A stretch of 64,000 nt of DNA from SAR324 cluster bacterium (GCA_014382365.1 JACNJW010000035.1:1165-65164); one strand, 5' to 3'; counted from the stretch's first letter, positions 1 through 11,437 are shown. A program made the numbers and translations. The notes: generated by a model from the letters alone, not told the origin.

Positions 1-127
1 ATCTTACTGGAGGGAAAATGGGACTGCTTTATCAGCATCATGGATCGGAAACAGGTCTTATATTTATAATGTGAAAAGAAAATAAAAGATTCAAAGGCCT
101 GATATTCATATAAACAGATTTTTGTGC

Positions 128-151
128 ATGGAGGGGTGTTTTTTCCATGCT
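128..151. terminator. Hairpin: 7-bp inverted repeat gcatgga/tccatgc with a T-rich loop and T-rich 3' flank
   Basis: Inverted repeat read directly; the loop contains a T run and the + strand continues with tttcctt. No adjacent + gene is visible in the window. Confidence 0.2.
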
Positions 152-266
152 TTCCTTATTAATAGATGACCCTAATTTAAACATCTAAGACTGACAGGAA
201 ATTTCCTACAACCCATGTGCCGGCAAACAGGAGTTGAGACAAGACACCGACAGAGGAACCACCTGC

Positions 267-1109
267 TCAAAAACCACGTACCGGCATATCCGGAGAACGC
301 TGAAGCCAGTTCCACTCCGGATAAACCGCTGATCCCTCAATTAAATGCAAGGTGAAGGCATGCCGTGTGCGGGTGGAGCGGTTTGCATAACTCATGTGGG
401 GCAGCAGGCCGTGAAGCAACACCAGTGTCCCGGCTTTCACTTCCAGTGGAACTAGTTTTGCAGTTTCCCAGGGTGTTTCATCAAAGACTTCAATTCGGGT
501 TCCATCCCCACTTTTATTACGATAGAATCGCGATTTTAAACGGTTTTTGTGTCCCCCAGGAATAGCCCAGAGACAACCGTTTTCCTGTGTTGCATCTTCC
601 ATGGCAAACCAAAATCCTTTAACGCTCAGAGGTTCGGTGTATAGAAAAGTGGAATCTTGATGACAACTGACTTCACCACCAATATGCGGTTGTTTGAAAA
701 TGAACATGGACTGCAAAATTTTCGGATCTGCAAATCCTATCTCTTTGGCAATTTCTGCTAATTCCGGAGTTCTGGAAAATTCCTCAAAAACAGGATCCAG
801 ATCGTGCATAGCATGGCCGATTTTATTTATTGATTTGGATTTTGCCTGACGCAACTCTCCTTTTTCAGTAAAGGCATCTTCCTCAAAAAAACAACTGATT
901 TTATCTCCGGACTCCATGAAATAACGGTCTGAGTGCCGGGTTTGTTCATTTGTAGTAAAAATAGAAACCGTTTCCGGAGGCTTGAAGGCTTCTACAATTT
1001 CCATGGCACGATTTCTCAATGCTTCACATGCATACTGCGAAACAAAGTCCTTCAGCACCAAAAAACCATCCTGTTCAAATAATTCAATTTCTTCTTGACT
1101 TAAAAGCAT
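267..1109 (-). CDS. Phytanoyl-CoA dioxygenase (PhyH) family Fe(II)/2-oxoglutarate dioxygenase
   Basis: 280-aa ORF with PhyH-like N-terminus (EQDGFLVL) and an HxD iron-binding box (CHQDSTF). Confidence 0.55.
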   Translation of the reverse strand: MLLSQEEIELFEQDGFLVLKDFVSQYACEALRNRAMEIVEAFKPPETVSIFTTNEQTRHSDRYFMESGDKISCFFEEDAFTEKGELRQAKSKSINKIGHAMHDLDPVFEEFSRTPELAEIAKEIGFADPKILQSMFIFKQPHIGGEVSCHQDSTFLYTEPLSVKGFWFAMEDATQENGCLWAIPGGHKNRLKSRFYRNKSGDGTRIEVFDETPWETAKLVPLEVKAGTLVLLHGLLPHMSYANRSTRTRHAFTLHLIEGSAVYPEWNWLQRSPDMPVRGF

Positions 1110-1239
1110 AGTTTCCTTGATTTTGCCTATGATATTGGTGTATTATGATAAGCACGTTCTCGCCAGTCGAGGGATGCGTCAATCTTGATTTGTGAGAAGC
1201 ACAAACTGCTTAATAATTAACTCTCAACCATTGTGGCAT

Positions 1240-1497
1240 ATGTTGTGGGAAGGACTCAAGTTGATGGGTATAGGCATGGCAACTGTCATGCTTTTTCTGT
1301 TGTTGATGATTGCCTGCATTGGGTGGGTGAAACACCTGACCCGCAATTACACCCTGCTCCAGCAGCAAGCACTCAAGTCACTGCGAAAATCCAGTACAAA
1401 CTCCACTCAACCTCTGCCTATTTCTGCTGTACCAGTAGAAGTTTTTGCGGCAGCAATTTCAAAATTTGAATCCGATAATAGCATCACGAAAACTTAA
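1240..1497 (+). CDS. oadG: Oxaloacetate decarboxylase gamma subunit (OadG-like small membrane protein)
   Basis: 85 aa from an internal ATG of the track ORF. Single N-terminal TM with an OadG-like pattern (LWEGLKLMGIGMATVMLFLLLMI). Immediately upstream of oadA. Confidence 0.45.
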   Translation: MLWEGLKLMGIGMATVMLFLLLMIACIGWVKHLTRNYTLLQQQALKSLRKSSTNSTQPLPISAVPVEVFAAAISKFESDNSITKT

Positions 1498-1543
1498 AAT
1501 CCACAGCATCAGCTGACAACCGTTACTTAGAAAGAAAAATATC

Positions 1544-3337
1544 ATGGCCAAGAAACGCATTGAATTTATGGACACATCCTTCCGGGATGGGTTTCAATCC
1601 GTCTTTGGTGCACGAGTTGCTACTAAAGATTTTCTGCCTCCACTACAGGCAGCAATGGAGGCTGGAACAACTTATTTTGAGGCCGGAGGCGGTGCACGTT
1701 TTCAGAGTTTGTTTTTTTATTGTAACGAGTCTGCCTTTGACATGATGGACACCTTCCGCAAAACGGTTGGTGCTGAAGCAAATTTGCAAACACTTGCACG
1801 CGGTATCAATGTAGTTGCTCTCAGTCAACAACCGCGGGACATGATTGATTTGCATGCAAAAATGTTCAAAAAACACGGTATTACCACCATCCGGAACTTT
1901 GATGCATTGAATGATTTACGAAATCTCAAATATTCCGGTGAACGTATCACAGCTCATGGTCTGCATCACCAGATTGTGATTGCCATGATGGATTTGCCTC
2001 CAGGTTGTGAAGGTGCACATGACGTTGAATATTACCTGAAAACTCTTCGTAATATTCTGGATTCAGATGTACCTTTTAACTCGATTTGTTTCAAAGACGC
2101 CAGTGGAACAGCCAACCCCCGTAAAGTTTTCGAAACTATCAAAGGTGCCCGGAAAATGGTTCCGGAAGGTACAATTCTACACCTGCATACTCACGACACA
2201 GCAGGTGCTGCTGTCAGTCAGTACATGGGTGCAATTGAAGGCGGAATTGACAGGATTGATTTAGCAATGAGTCCGGTCAGTGGAGGAACAGGACAGCCTG
2301 ATATCCTTACCATGTGGCATGCACTCAAAGGTACGGATTATACACTGGATATTGATCCGGATAAAATCATCAGAGCAGAAGAAGTTTTTGCTGACAGTTT
2401 TGAGGATTACTTTTTTCCTCCCGAATCCAGGATGGTCTCGCCCTTGATTCCTTTTTCGCCAATGCCAGGAGGTGCGTTGACTGCCAATACGATGATGATG
2501 CGTGATACCGGAACATTGCACCTTTTTCCTGAAGTCATCAAAGAAATGTCGGAAGTTGTACGACTTGGAGGCTTCGGTGCCTCGGTCACCCCTGTTTCTC
2601 AGTTCTATTTTCAGCAAGCCTATCTCAACGTCACACAAGGCAAGTGGAAAAAAATCAATCCATCTTATGGTAATATGGTGCTCGGTTATTTCGGCCGGAC
2701 TCCGGTGGAGGCTGATCCTGAAATTGTCAAGCTGGCTTCAGAACAATTAGAAAAACCGGTTTTCAAAGAAGATCCACTTGATATTCTGGAACCTGGAATT
2801 CCGCAAGCGACCGAGGTGCTCAAGAAACATAACCTGCCTGAAACCGAAGAGAACCTGTTCATCGCCTCAAGCTGTGAAGCAAAAGGCATTGATTATCTGC
2901 TTGGTAAAGGAAAACTTTCGATCCGGAAAAAATCGAATGAAGAAAAAAAAGAAGCTCCTCCTCAATCAAAATCTACGCCGGCTTCTTCAATTGGACCAAA
3001 GGATTACACTATTACAGTCGATGGACGAAGCTATCAAGTTCAGGTCAGTGCCGGTGGTGCACATGCACCTGTGGTATCAAGTAACTCTACTGAACCAGTT
3101 CCCGTTGCTCAAACAGCAACCGGAAATGATATCCCCGCTCCGACACCCGGAAATATTGTGAGCGTCGCTGTTGCTGTTGGCGACAGCATTTCCAAGGACC
3201 AGACGTTGTTGGTGATGGAAGCGATGAAAATGGAATCAGAAGTCAAATCTCCACAAGCCGGAACGGTTCTGGCTGTTTTTGTTAAGATTGGGGATACTGT
3301 TCAAACCGGAGATGCTCTGTTCTCGCTGGGTGAATAA
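1544..3337 (+). CDS. oadA: Oxaloacetate decarboxylase alpha subunit (carboxyltransferase plus C-terminal biotinyl domain)
   Basis: 597 aa. N-terminal carboxyltransferase TIM-barrel motifs (FMDTSFRDGFQS). C-terminal biotin attachment motif EAMKME. Confidence 0.8.
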   Translation: MAKKRIEFMDTSFRDGFQSVFGARVATKDFLPPLQAAMEAGTTYFEAGGGARFQSLFFYCNESAFDMMDTFRKTVGAEANLQTLARGINVVALSQQPRDMIDLHAKMFKKHGITTIRNFDALNDLRNLKYSGERITAHGLHHQIVIAMMDLPPGCEGAHDVEYYLKTLRNILDSDVPFNSICFKDASGTANPRKVFETIKGARKMVPEGTILHLHTHDTAGAAVSQYMGAIEGGIDRIDLAMSPVSGGTGQPDILTMWHALKGTDYTLDIDPDKIIRAEEVFADSFEDYFFPPESRMVSPLIPFSPMPGGALTANTMMMRDTGTLHLFPEVIKEMSEVVRLGGFGASVTPVSQFYFQQAYLNVTQGKWKKINPSYGNMVLGYFGRTPVEADPEIVKLASEQLEKPVFKEDPLDILEPGIPQATEVLKKHNLPETEENLFIASSCEAKGIDYLLGKGKLSIRKKSNEEKKEAPPQSKSTPASSIGPKDYTITVDGRSYQVQVSAGGAHAPVVSSNSTEPVPVAQTATGNDIPAPTPGNIVSVAVAVGDSISKDQTLLVMEAMKMESEVKSPQAGTVLAVFVKIGDTVQTGDALFSLGE

Positions 3338-3341
3338 ATAA

Positions 3342-4856
3342 ATGTCCAAGCTTGCTCAAATCATAAGTATCATTTTATTTTTTGGCTTTTCATCAATTGG
3401 ATTTTCCCAATCCACTGATGAACAGATAAAAATCGTGATGCCTACAGATGCACGAGTGATTCGAGTTGATGCAAAAATAGATCAATGGGTTTATGCTGGG
3501 GATATTCTGGCAGTGCTCAAAGACTCGAAAGGTGCAAAATTCAAGTTCCGTGCTGGTATTTCGGGACAGCTGGTTTTTTGGAGACTGCAGAACCTCAGGC
3601 ATTATGGTGCCGGTGAGACAGTTGGCATCCTGCAGGTTGCACCGGTAATTACTGAAAAAATCACGAATGGTGATGCGGTAGTTGCCTTACCTGCTTTTGA
3701 TAAAATGCTGCTTAACCTTTTCAATTCCACCGGACTCGCAGGACTGATTCGCGGACAGGGTTTGGATTGGACCGAAGGACTGGGGCGCTTAATTATGATA
3801 GGCGTAGGATTAGGCTTGCTCTACCTGGGAATCCGTAGACAATTCGAACCGCTGCTGCTGGTTCCGATTGGTTTTGGTGCAGTACTCTCAAATATTCCAC
3901 TGGCTGGACTTTCGGAACCTGGAGGACTTTTATATTATGTTTATGAAGTTGGAATCACCACAGGAATATTCCCCTTGATAATTTTCATGGGTGTTGGTGC
4001 AATGACCGACTTCGGACCAATGCTGGCCAATCCCAAAACTGCACTGCTGGGTGGTGCAGCACAATTTGGCATTTTCGGTACCTTACTGGGTGCATTAGCC
4101 TTGAACGGAATTCCCGGCATTGATTTTTCACTCAGAGATGCCGCATCTATCGGCATCATTGGGGGTGCAGACGGGCCAACTGCAATTTTTCTTGCCAGCC
4201 AGCTTTCTCCCCGTTTGCTGGGCTCCATTGCGATTGCGGCCTATTCATATATGGCAATGGTTCCAATTATTCAGCCCCCAATCATGCGCTTACTGACTTC
4301 AAAACAGGAGCGTGAAATTGAGATGACTCAGTTGCGGTACGTTTCAACGCGGGAAAAAATTATTTTTCCCCTAGTCGCGCTCAGTCTGTGTGCATTACTG
4401 TTGCCTTCTGCAGCACCGCTGATAGGTATGTTTATGTTTGGAAATTTAGCCAAGGAATGCGGAGTGATACATCGTCTTTCGGATACCATTCAGAAGTCAC
4501 TGATAAATACTGTAACAATATTTCTTGGGCTGAGTATCGGTAGCAAACTGGCTGCAGGTGAATTTCTCAACCTGGAAACTGTTGGAATTCTTGTTTTGGG
4601 AATCATCGCTTTTTCAGTGGGTACGGCAACCGGAGTGCTGATGGCAAAACTCATGAACAAGCTTTCTGCCTCTCCGATCAATCCTCTGATTGGAGCTGCG
4701 GGCGTTTCTGCGGTTCCAATGGCAGCACGGGTTGTAAATCAAGTTGGACTTGAGGCCAACTCGCAAAACCACCTGCTGATGCATGCCATGGGTCCCAATG
4801 TATCAGGTGTAATCGGCTCTGCAGTCGCGGCAGGTGTATTGTTGGCCATGCTGTAA
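3342..4856 (+). CDS. oadB: Na+-translocating decarboxylase beta subunit (OadB) with ~121-aa N-terminal extension
   Basis: Canonical OadB begins at the Met at nt 3705 ([14 protein letters not shown]...[12 protein letters not shown]...[14 protein letters not shown]). The same frame is open back to an ATG at 3342, 4 nt after the oadA stop. The extension has a hydrophobic N-terminus and a biotinyl/lipoyl-like beta-barrel pattern. Confidence 0.8.
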   Translation: MSKLAQIISIILFFGFSSIGFSQSTDEQIKIVMPTDARVIRVDAKIDQWVYAGDILAVLKDSKGAKFKFRAGISGQLVFWRLQNLRHYGAGETVGILQVAPVITEKITNGDAVVALPAFDKMLLNLFNSTGLAGLIRGQGLDWTEGLGRLIMIGVGLGLLYLGIRRQFEPLLLVPIGFGAVLSNIPLAGLSEPGGLLYYVYEVGITTGIFPLIIFMGVGAMTDFGPMLANPKTALLGGAAQFGIFGTLLGALALNGIPGIDFSLRDAASIGIIGGADGPTAIFLASQLSPRLLGSIAIAAYSYMAMVPIIQPPIMRLLTSKQEREIEMTQLRYVSTREKIIFPLVALSLCALLLPSAAPLIGMFMFGNLAKECGVIHRLSDTIQKSLINTVTIFLGLSIGSKLAAGEFLNLETVGILVLGIIAFSVGTATGVLMAKLMNKLSASPINPLIGAAGVSAVPMAARVVNQVGLEANSQNHLLMHAMGPNVSGVIGSAVAAGVLLAML

Positions 4857-4897
4857 GTTCTACTGCCAAACCATTTTATGGCCCAGCATTTTATTGC

Positions 4898-6118
4898 TTA
4901 AATACCCTGACGTTCTACGAATTCAGGATAAGCATGCAGACCGAATTCACTCACATCCATTCCGTTATATTCGTCTTCTTCCGAAACTCTGATGCCTACA
5001 GAATATTTAAGTACTGACCAGACAAGCAGGCTGCTGAAAAAAGTAAACACCCCAATTACAACAATACCTTTGATTTGCGAATAAAGCACAACTTCTGGAT
5101 TGAATACTCCTACCGCCAATGTCCCCCAAATTCCATTCACCAGGTGTACAGATAAAGCACCAACAGGATCATCAATCTTGAGCCTATCAAACACTGGTAC
5201 TGCAAACACAACCAGTAAGCCTCCGATTCCTCCAATCAAAACTGCCAGTGACATACTTGGATAATCCGGTCCAGCCGTAATGGCTACCAGACCAGAAAGT
5301 GCTCCATTGAGAATCATTGTCAAATCTACTTTCTTATAGAGAAGCTGAGTCAAAACCATTGCTGCTAAAGCTCCGGCACAGGCCGCAATATTTGTGTTGG
5401 CAATTACTGCAGAAATAGCATCAATATCTGACTTTGAGCCTAAGGCCAACTGAGAGCCGCCGTTGAAACCAAACCAGCCAAACCATAAAATAAATGTTCC
5501 TAAAGTTGCCAGCGGTAAGTTAGATCCGGGAATTGGATGCATGTTTCCTTTCGAGTCATACTTACCTTTTCTGGCACCCAGCAACAAGACTCCTGCCAGT
5601 GCGGCCCAGCCGCCTACAGAATGTACAATAGTTGAACCTGCAAAATCACTGAATCCGTCAATTATTCCACCCAAACTTGTACCACCCCATGTCCAGTGTC
5701 CCTGGATCGGATAAATAACTGCAGTCAAGAACAATGTGAATCCCATGAAGGGCCAGAACTTTATCCGCTCTGCAACTGTTCCGGACACGATCGAAGCTGC
5801 AGTTGCTACAAAAACAACCTGAAAAAAGAAGTCTGACTGCAAACTGTGTCCATCTGCAGAGGTTCCGTTAAGCAAAAATCCGTCGCCAAAAAAGTCGTTT
5901 CCACTTCCATACATCAAATTGTAGCCGACAAAATAATAAGCCACGCAGGCCAGCGCATAAAGGCAAATATTTTTTGTGAGAATTGCTGTTGTATTTTTGG
6001 TACGCACTAACCCTGTTTCCAGCATCGCAAAACCTGCGGCCATCCACATAACTAAGCAACCACTAATTAATAACCAAAAACTATCAAGCACATATTTCAT
6101 TTCGACTGAAAATTCCAT
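4898..6118 (-). CDS. amtB: Ammonium transporter (Amt family)
   Basis: 406-aa polytopic membrane protein with Amt-family motifs. Directly downstream of glnK on the same strand. Confidence 0.85.
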   Translation of the reverse strand: MEFSVEMKYVLDSFWLLISGCLVMWMAAGFAMLETGLVRTKNTTAILTKNICLYALACVAYYFVGYNLMYGSGNDFFGDGFLLNGTSADGHSLQSDFFFQVVFVATAASIVSGTVAERIKFWPFMGFTLFLTAVIYPIQGHWTWGGTSLGGIIDGFSDFAGSTIVHSVGGWAALAGVLLLGARKGKYDSKGNMHPIPGSNLPLATLGTFILWFGWFGFNGGSQLALGSKSDIDAISAVIANTNIAACAGALAAMVLTQLLYKKVDLTMILNGALSGLVAITAGPDYPSMSLAVLIGGIGGLLVVFAVPVFDRLKIDDPVGALSVHLVNGIWGTLAVGVFNPEVVLYSQIKGIVVIGVFTFFSSLLVWSVLKYSVGIRVSEEDEYNGMDVSEFGLHAYPEFVERQGI

Positions 6119-6160
6119 TTCATCTCCTGTTTATAGGTTTACAAAAACTGTTGTGATTTT

Positions 6161-7048
<888 letters not shown>

Positions 7049-8218
7049 TTGTCTGAGCAAAACCCTGTTTTTATTCCAGGACCGACCAATATTCCTGAGG
7101 AAATACGCAAGGCCTGTGACATAGGCACAATGGATCACCGTTCCGCAAAGTTTTCGGAAATTATCAATCCTGCACTTGCCGGATTGAAAAAAATTTTAAA
7201 AACGGAAACCGCCGAAGTTGTTGTTTTTCCATCATCCGGAACCGGAGCTTGGGAAGCCGCCATCAGCAACACCCTTTCCGCAGGAGATAAAGTTCTGGCC
7301 GCAGAACAAGGAATGTTTTCGCAAAAGTGGATTGAGATGTGTCGGCGGCACAATCTCGAAATGCAGGTGTTTGAAGTGGAATGGGGAGAATCATGTCCGG
7401 TTTCGGCTTATGCGGAAGCACTTAAAGCGGATACCGGACACCAAATAAAAGCCGTTCTCGTAACACACAACGAAACCGCCACCGGAGTTTTGAGCGATGT
7501 TTCTGCTGTGCGTAAAGCACTCGATGCGGCAAATCATCCGGCCTTGCTTTTGGTGGACGGTGTGAGTTCGATTGCTTCTATAGATTTCAAGCTGGACGAA
7601 TGGGGAGTTGACATTGCGGTTGCCGGATCGCAAAAAGGTTTTATGTTACCTGCCGGATTGTCGATTGTCGGCATCAGTCAAAAAGCAATTTCTGCTATGG
7701 AAACAGCAACTTTGCCTCGTTTTTATTTTGATTTGCGTGAAATGATGAAGCACCTTTCTTCCGGAGGTTATCCTTACACACCGATTGTTGGGATGCTCAA
7801 CGGCTTGAAAAAATCAACCGAAATGTTGTTGGCGGAAGGTCTGGAAAATGTTTTTGCGCGCCATCACCGTTTGGCGGAAGGTGTGCGCAAAGCCGTGAAA
7901 GCTTGGGGCTTGGAAATGTGTGCGCTGCGCGAAGAAATTTTTTCTGATACGGTAACGGCAATTTTGGTTCCGGATGGTTTTGACGGCACGGAATTAGTCA
8001 ATCACGCCGCCAATAAATACGGAGTTTCCTTCGGCGGAGGTTTGGGGAGGGTTGCCGGAAAAGTTTTTCGTATAGGTCATTTGGGCAGTCTTACTGATGT
8101 GATGGCTTTGTCCGGAATTGCTGCAGCGGAAATGGCAATGGTCGATTTAGGTTTTCCGATTAAGCTCGGTTCAGGAGTTTCTGCGGCGCAAGAATATTAC
8201 CGTAATTCTGCAAAATAA
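7049..8218 (+). CDS. bhcA: Class V aminotransferase (serine/aspartate-glyoxylate aminotransferase family); BhcA-like
   Basis: 389 aa. N-terminal PGPTNIPEEI and PLP-lysine motif SQKGFMLPAG typical of the AGXT family. TTG start with SD. First gene of an A-B-C-D block. Confidence 0.6.
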   Translation: MSEQNPVFIPGPTNIPEEIRKACDIGTMDHRSAKFSEIINPALAGLKKILKTETAEVVVFPSSGTGAWEAAISNTLSAGDKVLAAEQGMFSQKWIEMCRRHNLEMQVFEVEWGESCPVSAYAEALKADTGHQIKAVLVTHNETATGVLSDVSAVRKALDAANHPALLLVDGVSSIASIDFKLDEWGVDIAVAGSQKGFMLPAGLSIVGISQKAISAMETATLPRFYFDLREMMKHLSSGGYPYTPIVGMLNGLKKSTEMLLAEGLENVFARHHRLAEGVRKAVKAWGLEMCALREEIFSDTVTAILVPDGFDGTELVNHAANKYGVSFGGGLGRVAGKVFRIGHLGSLTDVMALSGIAAAEMAMVDLGFPIKLGSGVSAAQEYYRNSAK

Positions 8219-8231
8219 AAGGAGATTTAAA

Positions 8232-9188
8232 ATGTACATTCCAACATTCGATGATGTGAAAACAGCACAAAAACGCATTGCGCCTTATATTCATAAAACT
8301 CCGGTTTTGACCAGTACTTTTATGAATGAATTAAGTGGGGCAGAATTGTTTTTCAAATGCGAAAATTTCCAAAAAGCCGGAGTTTTCAAAGTTCGGGGTG
8401 CAACGAATGCAGTTTTTGGTTTGAGTGAGGAATTGGCAGTCAAAGGTGTGGCCACTCATTCTTCCGGGAATCATGCTTTGTCGTTGGCTTATGCCGCAGG
8501 TCGCAGGGGAATTCCGGTTACGGTCGTCATGCCCCACACCGCTCCGGAAGCAAAAAAATCGGCGGTGCGCGGGTACGGCGGGAGCATTGTTGAGTGCGAA
8601 CCCAGCACTTCATCGCGTGAAGAAACTTTTGCCAAAGTTGTCGCTGAGTCCGGTGCGGATTTTGTGCATCCGTACAATGACCCGCGTGTAATTTCTGGGC
8701 AAGCAACTTGTTCGCTGGAATTGTTGGAACAAGCCGAAAATTTGGATGCAGTGATTGCGCCGATTGGTGGTGGCGGAATGGTTTCCGGAACTTGTTTGGC
8801 ATTGTCAAATGTTGCTCCGGAAACCAAAATTTATGCGGCAGAACCGAAAAATGCCGATGATGCTTACCGCTCCTTCAAAGCCGGAAAAATCATTGCCGAT
8901 GATGCTCCGGTAACAGTAGCCGACGGCCTGAAAGTGCCGCTCAAAGATTTGACATGGCATTTTGTTTCAAACCATGTTGAAGATATTCTGCTGGCCACTG
9001 AGCAGGAAATCATTGATGCCATGAAGTTGATTTGGCAAAGGATGAAAATCGTCATGGAACCGTCAAGTGCGGTGCCGCTTGCGACCATCCTGAAAAACAA
9101 AAACACCTTCGCCGGAAAGCGGGTTGGTGTGATTATTACCGGAGGCAATGTTGATTTGGACAAATTGCCCTGGAACAACTCAAATTAG
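8232..9188 (+). CDS. bhcB: PLP fold-type II serine/threonine dehydratase family; beta-hydroxyaspartate dehydratase (BhcB)-like
   Basis: 318 aa. PLP lysine motif FKVRGA and glycine-rich loop GGGGMVSG. Confidence 0.6.
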   Translation: MYIPTFDDVKTAQKRIAPYIHKTPVLTSTFMNELSGAELFFKCENFQKAGVFKVRGATNAVFGLSEELAVKGVATHSSGNHALSLAYAAGRRGIPVTVVMPHTAPEAKKSAVRGYGGSIVECEPSTSSREETFAKVVAESGADFVHPYNDPRVISGQATCSLELLEQAENLDAVIAPIGGGGMVSGTCLALSNVAPETKIYAAEPKNADDAYRSFKAGKIIADDAPVTVADGLKVPLKDLTWHFVSNHVEDILLATEQEIIDAMKLIWQRMKIVMEPSSAVPLATILKNKNTFAGKRVGVIITGGNVDLDKLPWNNSN

Positions 9189-9197
9189 GAGAGCTAA

Positions 9198-10370
9198 ATG
9201 AATACAATATCTAGCACCGGACTTTCCGGTTACGAAAATTTAGAAGTCGGTTATGATGTTCCGGCAATGCCCGGAATGAATGAGGCGGATATTCAAACAC
9301 CATGTCTGATGATTGACCTCGACGCGCTGGAGCGCAACATTAAAACCATGGCCGGATTTGCCAAAGAGATGGGAGTACGCCATCGCATACACGGCAAAAT
9401 GCACAAGTCGGTTGACATCGCGAAACTGCAAAGAGACATGGGCGATTCTTGCGGAGTTTGCTGTCAAAAAGTCTCAGAAGCGGAAGTTTTTGCGCGAGGC
9501 GGAATCACTGATGTTTTGGTTTCAAACCAAGTACGCGATGCTGTGAAAATCGACCGTTTAGCACGTATTCCAAAACTGGGCGCACGAACCATTGTTTGCG
9601 TTGATGATCTTGAAAATGTCACTGATCTTTCTGCTGCCGCCGTCAAACACGGGACAACACTCGAATGTTTGGTCGAAATTGATTGCGGTGCAGGGCGTTG
9701 TGGAGTTGCGGCAGGTCAGCCGGTTGTCGAGATTGCCAAAGCGATTGAAGCCGCACCGAACTTAAAGTTCTCCGGAATTCAGGCCTATCAGGGTGCAATG
9801 CAACACATGAAAAGCTACAACGACCGCAAAGCCAAAATCGAGATCGCTGTTGAAATGGTTTCGCGTTCGGTGGAAATGCTGCAAGCCGAAGGACTGGAAT
9901 GCGACATTGTCGGCGGTGCCGGAACCGGAAGTTATTATTTTGAAGGTACATCGGGAGTCTATAACGAATTGCAATGCGGTTCCTACGCCTTCATGGATGC
10001 CGATTATCAAACCATTGAAGATGAAAACGGAAAACCGATTTCCGAGTTTGAAAACTCAATGTTCATTTTAACTTCGGTGATGAGCCACTCCAAAGCCGAC
10101 AAAGCCATTTGCGATGCGGGCTTGAAAGCACAATCTGTGGACAGCGGTTTGCCTTATGTTTTTGGGCGCAAAGATGTGGAGTATATCAAATGTTCGGACG
10201 AACACGGAGTGATTTCCGATCCAAACGGTGCGCTGAAAATCAACGAAAAGTTAAAATTAGTTCCGGGCCATTGCGACCCGACTGCTAATGTTCACGATTG
10301 GTATGTCGGTGTACGCGGCGGAAAAGTTGAAGCTCTGTGGCCGGTTTCGGCTCGCGGCAAGGCGTATTAA
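9198..10370 (+). CDS. bhcC: Alanine-racemase-fold (DSD1/D-threo-3-hydroxyaspartate dehydratase/aldolase) family; BhcC-like beta-hydroxyaspartate aldolase
   Basis: 390 aa. Fold-type III PLP lysine region HGKMHKS. Family typical of D-serine deaminase and D-3-hydroxyaspartate aldolase. Confidence 0.55.
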   Translation: MNTISSTGLSGYENLEVGYDVPAMPGMNEADIQTPCLMIDLDALERNIKTMAGFAKEMGVRHRIHGKMHKSVDIAKLQRDMGDSCGVCCQKVSEAEVFARGGITDVLVSNQVRDAVKIDRLARIPKLGARTIVCVDDLENVTDLSAAAVKHGTTLECLVEIDCGAGRCGVAAGQPVVEIAKAIEAAPNLKFSGIQAYQGAMQHMKSYNDRKAKIEIAVEMVSRSVEMLQAEGLECDIVGGAGTGSYYFEGTSGVYNELQCGSYAFMDADYQTIEDENGKPISEFENSMFILTSVMSHSKADKAICDAGLKAQSVDSGLPYVFGRKDVEYIKCSDEHGVISDPNGALKINEKLKLVPGHCDPTANVHDWYVGVRGGKVEALWPVSARGKAY

Positions 10371-10389
10371 ATATTAACAAAAAATAATC

Positions 10390-11355
10390 ATGATTATCGT
10401 TCCAGAAAAAGCCATTCCAAATTTAATCGACCGTACAACTTCCTTCAAAGCAGTCGAAGCTGTTTTTGCCGCAATGTCAAACGGCGATGCCTATAATTTT
10501 CCGGTCATCCGTGAAGACATTGGTTACGTCGATGCGCTTTACGGTTTCAAATCTGGCTTTGATAAAGCTGGTTTAACACTTGGTTTGAAGTCCGGAGGGT
10601 ACTGGCCAGGTAATGCAGAAAAAGGTCTCACCAATCACCAATCCAGCATATTCCTTTTTGATGCTGATACTGGCCAAGTGAAAGCGTTGGTTGGCGGGAA
10701 TTATCTGACGGCCATACGTACGGCGGCTTCTTCAGCTATTTCCATCAAACACCTGGCTCGTGAAGACTCCAAAGTTTTGGGCATGATCGGTGCGGGGCAT
10801 CAATCGGCATTTCAGTTACGGGCGGCAGTCGAGCAACGCAATTTTGAACGCATTGTCGGCTGGAACCTCCATCCGGAAAGGCTGTCTCGTTTGGAAGAAG
10901 TTTCTGCAGAAATCGGTTTGCCGTTTGAGGCTGTAAGCTTGGAGGAATTAGGAAAAGCGTCTGATGTTATTATTTCCATTACATCCAGTTTTGCACCAAT
11001 CTTAAAAGCAACTCAAGTCAAAGCCGGCACCCACCTCGCTTGTATGGGAACCGACACCAAAGGCAAACAGGAAGTCGAAGCTGAACTGGTCACTAATGCT
11101 ACTGTTTTCACCGATGAAATTGCACAAGCAATCTCCATAGGAGAATGCCAGCACGCTTTTACCAACGGCAGTTTGAAGGCAGAGGATATTTCGGAAATCG
11201 GCCCCGTCATTTCCGGAAAACATTCCGGCAGAACAACAACAAACGAAATCACTCTTTTTGACGGAACCGGAGTCGGCCTTCAAGATTTGGCTGTAGCAAC
11301 TGTTGCTGTCGAGTTGGCCTTAGAATCAGGAGTTGCTATTGAAGTCGAAAACTAA
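10390..11355 (+). CDS. bhcD: Ornithine cyclodeaminase/mu-crystallin family; BhcD-like iminosuccinate reductase
   Basis: 321 aa. OCD/mu-crystallin Rossmann motif GMIGAGHQSAFQL. Confidence 0.55.
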   Translation: MIIVPEKAIPNLIDRTTSFKAVEAVFAAMSNGDAYNFPVIREDIGYVDALYGFKSGFDKAGLTLGLKSGGYWPGNAEKGLTNHQSSIFLFDADTGQVKALVGGNYLTAIRTAASSAISIKHLAREDSKVLGMIGAGHQSAFQLRAAVEQRNFERIVGWNLHPERLSRLEEVSAEIGLPFEAVSLEELGKASDVIISITSSFAPILKATQVKAGTHLACMGTDTKGKQEVEAELVTNATVFTDEIAQAISIGECQHAFTNGSLKAEDISEIGPVISGKHSGRTTTNEITLFDGTGVGLQDLAVATVAVELALESGVAIEVEN

Positions 11356-11437
11356 TAATCTGTATTATTTTATTGATCCTTTTATTCATTTCATTTAATC
11401 TTAAGCAATTGAAAATGTACAATTAATTAGGAGGCTT

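Noticed and set aside
365-565. Numerous 60-180-aa ORFs embedded in or antisense to confidently assigned genes (e.g. 365-565, 1643-1876, 11978-12496, 16188-16733, 57514-57945)
   Set aside because: They overlap genes with strong family-level motifs and have low-complexity or Cys/Arg/His-rich composition typical of spurious frames. No independent support.
1192-1239. GTG start at 1192 for oadG giving a 101-aa product
   Set aside because: The OadG-like TM begins right after the ATG at 1240. The extra 16 residues (MRSTNCLIINSQPLWH) have no family support.
3342-3704. Treating the region upstream of the canonical OadB Met as a separate small gene
   Set aside because: The region is in-frame with oadB with no intervening stop, so it cannot be an independent upstream ORF. 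It is either a fused extension or untranslated. It is kept as a finding rather than a separate feature.
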